Notes under the pieces: model-generated
Told to the model about the DNA's origin: nothing
Databases searched by the model: none
The model's input: the letters and a program-made list of their open reading frames with translations, nothing else
Translations under genes and position numbers: made by a program
Shown here: piece by piece, positions 16,828 to 25,726 of the stretch
Position numbering within the stretch: the stretch's first letter is position 1
Layout of the letters: each line of letters opens with the position of its first letter
Assembly: GCA_038063915.1 (NCBI GenBank)
Contig: JBBTUE010000001.1
Location: 107,905-171,904, forward strand
Direction: 5' to 3'
From: Patescibacteria group bacterium
GTDB lineage: Bacteria; Patescibacteriota; Minisyncoccia; Phycocordibacterales; UBA9973
DNA: 64,000 bases

Positions 16828-19161
16828 ATGCCTTCCAAAAAAAGAGTCGTAAGTAAGAAAAAAGTTAGTGTAAAAAAAGTTTCACCCCAAGCGACGAAAC
16901 TCGCTATCAAGAATGATTTTATTAAAAGCGTTCAAAAAAGAGATGGTGCAATTGCTCCGTTTGATATTGAAAAGATCGTGAATGCTATTAATAAAGCTAT
17001 GCTTGCGTGTAATGAAGGCTCAATTAAGGAAGCAGAGATGGTTTCCAATAGGGTATTCATGGAGCTAGTGAAAATTGCCAAGCGACATAAGAGTTTTATC
17101 CCAACAGTTGAAGGTATTCAAGATGCAGTTGAGCAAGAATTAATGCTTTCTGACTATACTAAAACTTCCAAACATTATATTTTATATCGTGAAGAGCGTG
17201 CGAGGTTGCGTTCTCATAGTATCACTGTACCCGATCGTGTAAAAAAACTTACAGATGAGAGTAAAAAGTATTTTAGGAATCCACTTTCTGAATTTGTTTA
17301 CTATAGAAGTTACGCAAAATGGATTGAAGAAGAAGGAAGACGTGAGACATGGATCGAGACTATTGATAGATACATAGACTTCATGAAAAAGAATCTTGGT
17401 AACAAGTTGAAGGAAGCTGAGTATAAAGAAATCCGCGAAGCAATACTCAAACAAGAATCCATGCCATCGATGAGGTTACTCCAGTTCGCAGGACCTGCTG
17501 CAGAGAAGACAAATGTTTGCGCATACAACTGTTCGTTCATTGCACCGTCTCGCTTCGAAGATTTCGGAGAGATTATTTATATCTCTATGTGTGGTACAGG
17601 AGTAGGGTTCTCTGTTGAAAGTAAAAATATTCAAGCCCTCCCTCAGATTAAAAATCAATCTGGTAAAAAGCTAGCGGCGTATGTCGTGCCTGATACAAAG
17701 GAAGGTTGGGCGGATGCGTTTGTTATTGGAATGAAAACTTGGTTTGATGGTAATGATATTAATTTTGATTTCTCTCAACTTCGTCCAGCAGGTGCGAGAC
17801 TAAAAATAATGGGAGGTAAAAGTTCAGGTCCGAAGCCACTTATGGACTTACTAGGATTCACCCGTGAACGTATACTAAAGCGTCAGGGTAGACACCTACG
17901 CAATATAGATGCACATGACATAATCTGTAAGATTGGAGAGTGTGTAGTCTCAGGAGGAGTGCGCCGCAGTGCTCTTATCTCACTATCTGACTTGGATGAT
18001 CAAGATATGCGCGATGCAAAGAATGGCCAGTTTTGGAACTCTGAAGGCCAGCGCATGCTTGCCAACAACTCGGCAGTTTATAATACAAAGCCTACAGAGA
18101 CTGAATTTCTAAGGGAATGGATTGCCCTTATGGAGTCAGGCTCAGGGGAGCGAGGCATATTTAATCGTGGTGCACTTACTACATCTTTACCAAAACGCAG
18201 ATTAGAAGTTTCAAAAGATTATATAGGAGAGATGGGGACAAATCCTTGCGGTGAGATAGTGCTCAGGTCAAGACAATTTTGTAATCTTTCAGAAGTCGTT
18301 GCGCGAGCCGAAGATACAGAAGAGACGCTAATGAAGAAGATCCGTATCGCGACAATTCTCGGTACTTATCAGTCGACTCTTACAAAGTTTGGATATCTTT
18401 CAAAAGAATGGCAAGAGAATTGTGAAGCAGAAAGATTACTCGGTGTATCTGTCACCGGACAGTGGGATTCAAAGTTTGCACGTGATCCGGAGGTACTAAA
18501 GAAACTCAAGAATGAAGCAATTCGTGTGAATAAAATATATGCAAAAAGATTTGGAGTAAATGAATCTACCTGTATTACTTGCGTAAAACCATCTGGTACG
18601 GTATCTCAGACAGTTGATTGTGCATCAGGCATGCATCCACGTCATGCCCCTTACTATATTCGCCGCGTCCGTATTTCTGCCACGGATTCATTATTTAAAA
18701 TGATGAAAGATCAAGGGGTACCTTACTATCCAGAAATAGGTCAGGCACATGACAGTGCAAATACTTTTGTTTTGGAATTTCCAATGAAAGCGCCTCACGA
18801 TGCAATATGTAAAGATGATATATCTGCGATAGATCAGCTTGAACACTGGAAAGTAGTAAAAGTTAATTTCACAGAACACAATCCTTCGGTGACTGTATCA
18901 GTCGGAGAAAATGAATGGATAAAAGTAGCTCATTGGCTTTACCAGAACTGGGAGATTGTCGGAGGGCTATCATTTTTACCTAGAAGTAACCATGTCTATC
19001 AGCTTGCTCCGTACGAAGCAATAAGCGAGAAGACTTACAGAGAACTTGCTAAAAAAATGCCAGATTTTGATTTCTCTAAGATTGTTACTTATGAAGTAAG
19101 AGATGAAACAGAAGTCAAAAGAGAGCTTGCTTGTGTAGCAGGAGTCTGTGATATAGTCTAA
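16828..19161 (+). CDS. nrdJ: Class II (adenosylcobalamin-dependent) ribonucleotide reductase with N-terminal ATP cone
   Basis: ATP cone (VQKRDG..FDIEKI), YNCSF, GGVRRSALISL, TNPCGEI, CNLSEV, KPSGT, C-terminal CVAGVC; no class I YY motif and no beta-subunit gene nearby. Confidence 0.9.
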   Translation: MPSKKRVVSKKKVSVKKVSPQATKLAIKNDFIKSVQKRDGAIAPFDIEKIVNAINKAMLACNEGSIKEAEMVSNRVFMELVKIAKRHKSFIPTVEGIQDAVEQELMLSDYTKTSKHYILYREERARLRSHSITVPDRVKKLTDESKKYFRNPLSEFVYYRSYAKWIEEEGRRETWIETIDRYIDFMKKNLGNKLKEAEYKEIREAILKQESMPSMRLLQFAGPAAEKTNVCAYNCSFIAPSRFEDFGEIIYISMCGTGVGFSVESKNIQALPQIKNQSGKKLAAYVVPDTKEGWADAFVIGMKTWFDGNDINFDFSQLRPAGARLKIMGGKSSGPKPLMDLLGFTRERILKRQGRHLRNIDAHDIICKIGECVVSGGVRRSALISLSDLDDQDMRDAKNGQFWNSEGQRMLANNSAVYNTKPTETEFLREWIALMESGSGERGIFNRGALTTSLPKRRLEVSKDYIGEMGTNPCGEIVLRSRQFCNLSEVVARAEDTEETLMKKIRIATILGTYQSTLTKFGYLSKEWQENCEAERLLGVSVTGQWDSKFARDPEVLKKLKNEAIRVNKIYAKRFGVNESTCITCVKPSGTVSQTVDCASGMHPRHAPYYIRRVRISATDSLFKMMKDQGVPYYPEIGQAHDSANTFVLEFPMKAPHDAICKDDISAIDQLEHWKVVKVNFTEHNPSVTVSVGENEWIKVAHWLYQNWEIVGGLSFLPRSNHVYQLAPYEAISEKTYRELAKKMPDFDFSKIVTYEVRDETEVKRELACVAGVCDIV

Positions 19162-19166
19162 ATTAT

Positions 19167-19694
19167 ATGAAAAGGAATTGGATTAAATATACAATTGCAT
19201 TTATAGCAGTCCTAGGCTTACGGCTGATACCATTTAGAGCTCCAAATGTGGAGCCTGTAATGTCAGCGATTATGCCCTTTGGCCGAGTCTATGGCAAACT
19301 ATCTGCTTTCTTATTTGGAGCTATGAGTATTGTCATATACGATAGTTTAACCTCAGGATTAGGCGTCTGGAGCGCTATTACAGCCGTTGCTTATGGACTT
19401 GTTGGACTTGGCGCGGGGTATTACTTCAAAAATAGGACAGGATGGAGAAATTATGCTCTCTTTGCTATCTTTACGACTATACTTTATGACGTCGTGACTG
19501 GGCTTACCCTCGGGCCACTCTTTTTCGATCAAACACTTTCCAACGCCTTGGTAGGTCAGATTCCTTTTACCCTACTGCACTTGCTTGGCAACGTAGTATT
19601 TGCTATAGTGCTTTCACCGGTGATAGAAACGTGGATTAGAAAAGAGTCAAAAGTTGTCGTGCCTGTTACTAGAAAAGTCGCATTGAGTAGTTAG
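19167..19694 (+). CDS. ECF-type S component, probably cobalamin (CbrT/BtuM-like)
   Basis: About 6 TM helices, LRLIPFRAPNVEPV motif, IPFTLLHLLGN; lies between nrdJ and a B12 riboswitch. Confidence 0.75.
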   Translation: MKRNWIKYTIAFIAVLGLRLIPFRAPNVEPVMSAIMPFGRVYGKLSAFLFGAMSIVIYDSLTSGLGVWSAITAVAYGLVGLGAGYYFKNRTGWRNYALFAIFTTILYDVVTGLTLGPLFFDQTLSNALVGQIPFTLLHLLGNVVFAIVLSPVIETWIRKESKVVVPVTRKVALSS

Positions 19695-19713
19695 TGTATT
19701 TTTAAAATTCAAC

Positions 19714-19802
19714 CTATTGTGTTTGGAAGTGAGGTGAGATTCCTCCACTGTGCCGCAACGGTAAAGCTCTATAAAGAGACGAGTCCGATCTTAACACACT
19801 AG
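19714..19802 (+). ncRNA. Cobalamin riboswitch aptamer (compact type)
   Basis: Closing stem TGTGTT/AACACA, GGAAG, T-loop stem GAGG-TGAGATT-CCTC, ACTG-TGCCGCAA-CGGTAA, short stem CTCT-ATAA-AGAG, B12-box-like GAGTCCGA. Confidence 0.85.
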
Positions 19803-19810
19803 CGTATCCC

Positions 19811-19872
19811 GAGCAGGAGATAGATGTATTTATACATCTACCCAAATCTTCTGCTCACACAGGAGTTTTTTT
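19811..19872 (+). terminator. Riboswitch expression platform: alternative antiterminator and terminator
   Basis: GAGCAGGAGA (19811-20) pairs with TCTTCTGCTC (19847-56); alternatively CTTCTG-CTCACA-CAGGAG followed by T7. Confidence 0.7.
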
Positions 19873-19880
19873 ATTTTATT

Positions 19881-20312
19881 ATGAAAAACAAGAAATACTA
19901 CATATTTATAACAGTACTCGCGCTATCACTTACATTTGGTTGTGCACATTTTGCGTTGGCAAAAAATACTAAATACGTTGTAAAGAAACCTATTGCCAAG
20001 GTGAAGGCCATAAAAATAGAAAATCTTGTCACATTAGATGTGCTAGGTAGTACGTATAAAGTAAGCATTAAAGACAAGGATACTGCATACGATGCAATGG
20101 TTGGTCTTCAGAACAATAAAAATAATAATTTTTCCTTTCGTTCCAAAAATTATTCAAGTCTAGGAAACTTTATTTATGAGATAAATGGGATAAAAGGCAC
20201 CCCTGGTCGTTATTGGATTTATTATATTAATAACAAGAAGGCAACACTTGGTGTTTCTAAGTATGTCCTCAAATCTGGGGATATAATTTCTTGGAAACAA
20301 GAAGGAATTTAA
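19881..20312 (+). CDS. Exported DUF4430 (transcobalamin-like beta domain) protein
   Basis: Signal peptide from ATG 19881; TAYDAM, LGNFIYEINGI, YWIYYINNKKATLGVSKYVLKSGDIISW. Confidence 0.85.
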   Translation: MKNKKYYIFITVLALSLTFGCAHFALAKNTKYVVKKPIAKVKAIKIENLVTLDVLGSTYKVSIKDKDTAYDAMVGLQNNKNNNFSFRSKNYSSLGNFIYEINGIKGTPGRYWIYYINNKKATLGVSKYVLKSGDIISWKQEGI

Positions 20313-20315
20313 TTC

Positions 20316-22388
20316 ATGAAAAAACTAATCATACTATTAATAAGTTTCGCAAGTATTTCTTTTTTCAGTGTTGCTTCTGCTGATACAACAATCCACTTGG
20401 ATGTAGTGACATCTACTGGCTCACTCTACAACCAAGATATCACAGTCGCCCCTTGTGATAGTGACAATGCAGGCACTATGGCCGTCACTGCATACTGTGC
20501 AGTCTTGCAATCAGGCTTGGCTAACGATTGGTCGTGGTTTGGATCTGATGCGTTTTTAAATTCCATTGATACAAAAGTTAATAATGATAATAATAATGGT
20601 ATTTATTGGGGTTGGTTTGCTAATCTTGAACTCGGTCAAACAGCTCTCAATAAATACGTACTCATGGAAGGTGATTCCATCCTTATAAATTACGACATTA
20701 ACCCATTAAAAATTGCAGTTGATAATACTAATCCATCTGTCGGCAGTAGTATTAAGTTTACTGTTATGTCGTTTGGTTTTGACTCTAGTTGGAACCCAGC
20801 TTGGTCTCCTGTTGTTGGGGGGAAAATTGTTATAGGGCCAGATACTCTAGATCTTGATTTAGATGGCACGTATTCATTTATAGTTATAGATACAACCCCA
20901 CTGATAGTAAAAGGACAAGCTATCGGATTTCTAGAAACTAAAGAATTAGTTATAACCCCAACTGTTTCTTTAGATGTCACAGCGCCTATAATTACCTTGA
21001 TTGGTGATACGACAGAATCTATAAACGTAGGCAGTGATTATATAGAAAAAGGTGCAACTGCTACAGACGATATAGATGGAGATATAACTAGTAAAATAGT
21101 AATTACTGGTAATGTTGATACTTCTAAAGTAGGTAGCTATGATATTTTATTTGATGTGAGTGATTTGTTAGGGAATAAAGCAAACACAGTAACTCGTACA
21201 GTAAATGTTATAAATTCTGGGGGTGGAGGTGGTGGACCAACTCTTTCTACTTTATCTATACCCCAAGCGACACTCTTTCTTGCAAACAACCAGGATATAA
21301 ATGGATCTTTCATAGACTCTCTATATACCGACTGGGTAGCCATAGCGGTAGGTTCACTTGGGTCTTCAGGAGATATTATGAAAGCGAAGATATCTGAGTA
21401 TATGAAGATGAATCCACTTATGTCCTCTGTTATTACAGATAATGAACGCCGTGCTATGGCTCTAATGTCGCTAGGTATCAATCCGTACTCTGGGACAAGT
21501 GTAGATTATATAAATAAAATCGTATCTTCGTATGACGGAACTCAATTTGGAGACAATACACTATTTAATGACGACATCTTTGCTTTAATAGTACTTCAAA
21601 AGGCAGGTTACATCTCCACAGATACAATGATAGTGAAAGATATTGAATATATATTATCATATCAATCTCCTGATGGATCGTGGGGAAGTATTGATATGAC
21701 TGGTGCTGCGTTGCAAGCACTCAGTAACTTTACCGATATTGCTGGCGTGCAATCTTCAATATTAAAAGGGGAGAACTATTTAATAAGTACGCAGCAAGTT
21801 GACGGGGGATTCTATAATTCTTCTTCAACGAGTTGGGCACTCCAAGCTCTATCTAGTAATCCATCTTTCTCATCAGGGGTTGCTCGAGCTGATGATTACC
21901 TTGCTAAGTTACAACAAGCTGATGGGGGAGTGGAGTTGTCGACAAGCATAATCGAGAATCGTATCTGGGCTACTGCATATGCTATACCAGCTGCACTCCA
22001 CAAGACTTGGTCAAATATTCTACAATCATTTCCAAAACCCATCATATCAACTGGTGGAGGTGGAACTTCGACTATATTAATACCAGAAGTGGAATCTTTA
22101 ACTCAAAAATTAGTCAAAGAAGAAGAGAAGATAGATGAAAAAAAGATAGAGGAGTTAGAAGTAATAAATAAAGACTCCTTAATAAAACCAAAACTAAAAA
22201 ATACCCAGAAGGTAACTAAGCCCAAAGTTGTTGCTAAAGCTAACCCTGTACCGAACACCTCAAATGTCTTAGTCGCAAACGCATCCTCTTCTTTAGAAGC
22301 TGAAACGCCATCTAGGTCATTTTTCAGTAGGATAGTGGGGACAATCAAAGTCCCGTTTATATGGCTTTGGGACAAGCTCGGATTTTGA
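20316..22388 (+). CDS. Exported multidomain protein: DUF4430-like domain, Ig-like (DUF5011-type) domain, prenyltransferase/terpene-cyclase-like alpha/alpha barrel
   Basis: Signal peptide; FLNSID..YWGWFANLELGQTALNKYVLMEGDSIL; TAPIITLIG..GATATDDIDGDIT..VTRTVNV; repeated Q.xDGxW/F motifs (QSPDGSW, QQVDGGF, QQADGG). Confidence 0.8.
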   Translation: MKKLIILLISFASISFFSVASADTTIHLDVVTSTGSLYNQDITVAPCDSDNAGTMAVTAYCAVLQSGLANDWSWFGSDAFLNSIDTKVNNDNNNGIYWGWFANLELGQTALNKYVLMEGDSILINYDINPLKIAVDNTNPSVGSSIKFTVMSFGFDSSWNPAWSPVVGGKIVIGPDTLDLDLDGTYSFIVIDTTPLIVKGQAIGFLETKELVITPTVSLDVTAPIITLIGDTTESINVGSDYIEKGATATDDIDGDITSKIVITGNVDTSKVGSYDILFDVSDLLGNKANTVTRTVNVINSGGGGGGPTLSTLSIPQATLFLANNQDINGSFIDSLYTDWVAIAVGSLGSSGDIMKAKISEYMKMNPLMSSVITDNERRAMALMSLGINPYSGTSVDYINKIVSSYDGTQFGDNTLFNDDIFALIVLQKAGYISTDTMIVKDIEYILSYQSPDGSWGSIDMTGAALQALSNFTDIAGVQSSILKGENYLISTQQVDGGFYNSSSTSWALQALSSNPSFSSGVARADDYLAKLQQADGGVELSTSIIENRIWATAYAIPAALHKTWSNILQSFPKPIISTGGGGTSTILIPEVESLTQKLVKEEEKIDEKKIEELEVINKDSLIKPKLKNTQKVTKPKVVAKANPVPNTSNVLVANASSSLEAETPSRSFFSRIVGTIKVPFIWLWDKLGF

Positions 22389-22401
22389 TATAATAATAAA
22401 C

Positions 22402-22962
22402 ATGAAATCAAAATTTATAGCACTGGTAGTTGTGGTAATATTGTTCGTCGTTGGGCTAGGGGTTTTTATGAATAAGAATACAAGCATTGGTAAATATGAT
22501 GATTTTGCCAAAAGCTTGACTACACAGGGAGCCAAATTTTATGGTGCCTTTTGGTGCCCACACTGCTTGGCCGAGAAGGCCCTGTTTGGAAGTTCAAAGC
22601 GATATTTACCATATGTTGAGTGCTCTAATCCTGACAAAACTCAAGTTCAAATATGTATAGATAATAAAATAGAGAATTATCCAACTTGGACATTTAGAGA
22701 CGGTATAACTTTACTTTCAGAGAGTACTCCTACAATCTGTGAAATTAGTCCTGGCAAAGATGGAGAAGAACCTATATGTGAGCAAGTAGCTTCGAAATAT
22801 TATCGTACCTGGATATTCCCAGAGCATCGGTTATCTATAAAAAGTCCGACTGACCCTATTGTCAAAGATGGTGTTTGGAAATTCGAAGTTGGTTCCAAAG
22901 CAACGGGGGAGATACCTCTTGAATTCTTGGCACAACAGATAGGATATACACTTCCACAATAA
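22402..22962 (+). CDS. Membrane-anchored thioredoxin-like oxidoreductase
   Basis: GAKFYGAFWCPHC, LPYVEC, YPTW; resembles the Trx domain partnered with VKOR. Confidence 0.82.
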   Translation: MKSKFIALVVVVILFVVGLGVFMNKNTSIGKYDDFAKSLTTQGAKFYGAFWCPHCLAEKALFGSSKRYLPYVECSNPDKTQVQICIDNKIENYPTWTFRDGITLLSESTPTICEISPGKDGEEPICEQVASKYYRTWIFPEHRLSIKSPTDPIVKDGVWKFEVGSKATGEIPLEFLAQQIGYTLPQ

Positions 22963-22963
22963 T

Positions 22964-23512
22964 ATGCCAGCATACATAGAAACATTGAATCAGTTTTTAT
23001 CACTTGGCATAATCGGTTTGCAAGTTATAATTGTGGCCTTGCTTTTAAATCTTGTTTTTTTTAGATCACATACAAATCAAATATTAATTTTCTTTAAGAA
23101 AAATACTTTTACATTTGGATTCATGGTTGCTCTCTGCTCGACCCTTTTTAGTCTATTCTATTCAAATGTTGTTGGCTTCCCACCGTGTGAACTTTGCTGG
23201 ATAAATCGAATATTTATTTATCCGCAAGTCATACTTTTTGGTATGGAGTTGTACAAGCGAGACAAAGCTATAATTGATCAGAGTCTAGTCCTCGCAGTGT
23301 TTAGTGCTCTGACATCAATACTACATGTGTATGTCGAGAATGGAGGAGCGTCGTCACTTGCATGTGCGACAGGGGGACCGGCTACAATCTCATGTGCGAC
23401 CCTATATGTCTATGAATTTGGTTATATTACTATTCCTTTGATGGCGCTCACTGCTGCAGTATTTACCATCTTAATTTTAGTTAATTATAAGTACATGTCT
23501 AAGGCTAAATAA
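22964..23512 (+). CDS. Disulfide bond formation protein DsbB/BdbC family
   Basis: SLFYS..GFPPCELCWINRIFIYP, second Cys pair, FGYITIPLMAL. Confidence 0.88.
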   Translation: MPAYIETLNQFLSLGIIGLQVIIVALLLNLVFFRSHTNQILIFFKKNTFTFGFMVALCSTLFSLFYSNVVGFPPCELCWINRIFIYPQVILFGMELYKRDKAIIDQSLVLAVFSALTSILHVYVENGGASSLACATGGPATISCATLYVYEFGYITIPLMALTAAVFTILILVNYKYMSKAK

Positions 23513-23515
23513 AAT

Positions 23516-23944
23516 ATGTTAGTAGAAAAAATAAACAAAGAATCCAAAGATATAGTATTCATATATACAACTTGCCCAACTCTCGACGAGGCTCGTTCTA
23601 TAGGGCTCTCTGTCATAAAGGAGAAGCTCGCTATATCCGCTGACTACTGGGTTATCGGATCTATTTACCCATGGCACAATGTTATCCAAGATGTTGGCCA
23701 ATATATGCTTATGCTCACCACAGAAAAAGAGCTCAGTGAAAGACTTACGAAGCATATAGGTAGTATGCACTCGTACAGTGCGCCGATGATTGCAAGGCTA
23801 AACACTTCTTTAATTAACCCCAACTATACATTTTGGGTTGATAATACACTGCGAAGCAAGGACGACTATATATCTGAGCATGATAGTAAAATAAAAGAAA
23901 GAAATGACGATGAAGACGGATACCGTTATGGTAAGTTGAAATAG
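23516..23944 (+). CDS. cutA: CutA divalent-cation tolerance family protein
   Basis: IYTTCPTLDEARSIG, SIYPW, HSYSAPMI. Confidence 0.8.
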   Translation: MLVEKINKESKDIVFIYTTCPTLDEARSIGLSVIKEKLAISADYWVIGSIYPWHNVIQDVGQYMLMLTTEKELSERLTKHIGSMHSYSAPMIARLNTSLINPNYTFWVDNTLRSKDDYISEHDSKIKERNDDEDGYRYGKLK

Positions 23945-23945
23945 T

Positions 23946-25691
23946 ATGGAAGCTCAAAATAAAATATGCCAGAATTGCAAAAATTCCTTCGTCATCGAAC
24001 CAGAGGATTTTTCTTTCTACGAAAAGATAAAAGTTCCTCCACCGACATTTTGCTCTGAGTGTAGTTTGATACGACGTATGGCGTTTCGTAACGAAAGAAC
24101 TCTATATCGACGCAAATGCCAAGCTCCAGGACATGGTGAAGATATGCTCAGTGTCTTTTCACCAGACAAAGAAGCAACGATATATTGTCACTCCGCGTGG
24201 TGGGGTGATTCTTGGGATGGATTGAGCTACGGACGCGACTACGATTTCTCTAGGAATTTTTTCGAACAAATAAATCATCTCTGGAGAGAAGTTCCAGACA
24301 TAGGGCTATTTAATATAAATCCAGTGAATAGTGATTATTGTAGTATTACAGAGGGAAACAAGAATTGTTATTTAGTTATTGGGGGAGATTTTAATGAAGA
24401 TTCACTCTATTCCGCGTTTATATTTAATTCTAAATTTTTAGTTGATTGTTACTGGGTTTCAAAAAGCGAATGGAATTATGAGACCATTGATTGTATTTCA
24501 TGTTCACGATTGTTATTTAGTCGCTATTGCGAAGGATGCTATGGAAGTACTTTTATGTTTAACTGCCGCAATTGTCATGACTGCTTTGGGTGCGTTAATT
24601 TATCAAATAGATCGTATTGCATTTTTAACGAACAATACTCTAAGGAAGAATATCATAATAAATTAAAAGAGTTCAATATATCATCATGGAAAGAACTACA
24701 AAAAATTAAAGCGACATTTACTGAATTTAGTAGAAAGTTTCCAAGGCGCTTTGCCAAGATTATCAAGTCGGTTGATGTAACAGGGGACGATATAGAAGAA
24801 TCAAAGAATTGCAAAAACTCCTTCTCGATTTTTGGAGGAGCCGAAGATTCAAAAAATCTATGGCTTGTTTACTCGTCAGTAAAGAATTGCTATAACATAG
24901 ATCACTCAGGACTCTCTTCAACTGATTGCTACGAAGTATCAAGCGCATATCCTGGAAACAAAGTCCTTTTTTCACGTTTTATCTTTGAAGGTTTTAATAT
25001 TGAATACAGCTATAATTGCCATAACTGTTCAAATTTATTTGGTTGTATTGGATTACGTAACAAGCAATACTGTATCTTAAACAAACAATATTCTAAAGAG
25101 GATTATGAGGTCCTAATTCAAAAAATAAAAGCTCATATGAATGATAATAAATATATTGACCAAGGCGGAAGGGTATATGGCTATGGAGAATTTTTCCCGA
25201 TAGAGATATCGCCATTTCTTTATAATGAAACAGTAGCTCAAGAACTCAAGCCAATATCTAGAGATGAAGCAAATGCAAGTGGCATTAGATTAATGGAAAG
25301 TGTAGATAGGAATTACAAGATTACAAAGAATATGGAAGACCTTACTGACACAATTGAAAAAGTTGAGGACTCAATACTAGATGACGTGATAAGTTGTGCA
25401 CATAAAGGCAGCTGTGCACATGAGTGTGCAACTGCATTCAAAATTACAAAAGCTGAACTCGAGTTCTATAGAAATTTGAAGTTACCATTGCCACACTTAT
25501 GTCCAAATTGTAGACATTACGAGAGAATAAGCCAAAGAAATCCAATGAAACTCTGGCATAGGTCGTGTATGTGTGAAAAGAAAGGGCATATCCATGAGGC
25601 AAAATGCACAGTAGAATTTGAGACTAGCTATTCTCCGGAGCGACCAGAGATTATATACTGCGAAAAGTGCTATCAACAAGAAGTAATCTAG
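23946..25691 (+). CDS. Cys-rich protein, paralog 4
   Basis: Same motif set as 11274-16543; ends FETSYSPERPEIIYCEKCYQQEVI. Confidence 0.85.
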   Translation: MEAQNKICQNCKNSFVIEPEDFSFYEKIKVPPPTFCSECSLIRRMAFRNERTLYRRKCQAPGHGEDMLSVFSPDKEATIYCHSAWWGDSWDGLSYGRDYDFSRNFFEQINHLWREVPDIGLFNINPVNSDYCSITEGNKNCYLVIGGDFNEDSLYSAFIFNSKFLVDCYWVSKSEWNYETIDCISCSRLLFSRYCEGCYGSTFMFNCRNCHDCFGCVNLSNRSYCIFNEQYSKEEYHNKLKEFNISSWKELQKIKATFTEFSRKFPRRFAKIIKSVDVTGDDIEESKNCKNSFSIFGGAEDSKNLWLVYSSVKNCYNIDHSGLSSTDCYEVSSAYPGNKVLFSRFIFEGFNIEYSYNCHNCSNLFGCIGLRNKQYCILNKQYSKEDYEVLIQKIKAHMNDNKYIDQGGRVYGYGEFFPIEISPFLYNETVAQELKPISRDEANASGIRLMESVDRNYKITKNMEDLTDTIEKVEDSILDDVISCAHKGSCAHECATAFKITKAELEFYRNLKLPLPHLCPNCRHYERISQRNPMKLWHRSCMCEKKGHIHEAKCTVEFETSYSPERPEIIYCEKCYQQEVI

Positions 25692-25726
25692 GCTCTAAGA
25701 GTGGGTGATATGATATACTATATAGT

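Noticed and set aside
19824-19880. ORF-track start at 19824 for the DUF4430 gene
   Set aside because: Lies inside the riboswitch expression platform; ATG 19881 gives a clean signal peptide
21250-22030. Squalene-hopene cyclase or prenyltransferase enzyme call
   Set aside because: Exported protein, no DxDD motif recognised, and B12 context favours a binding role
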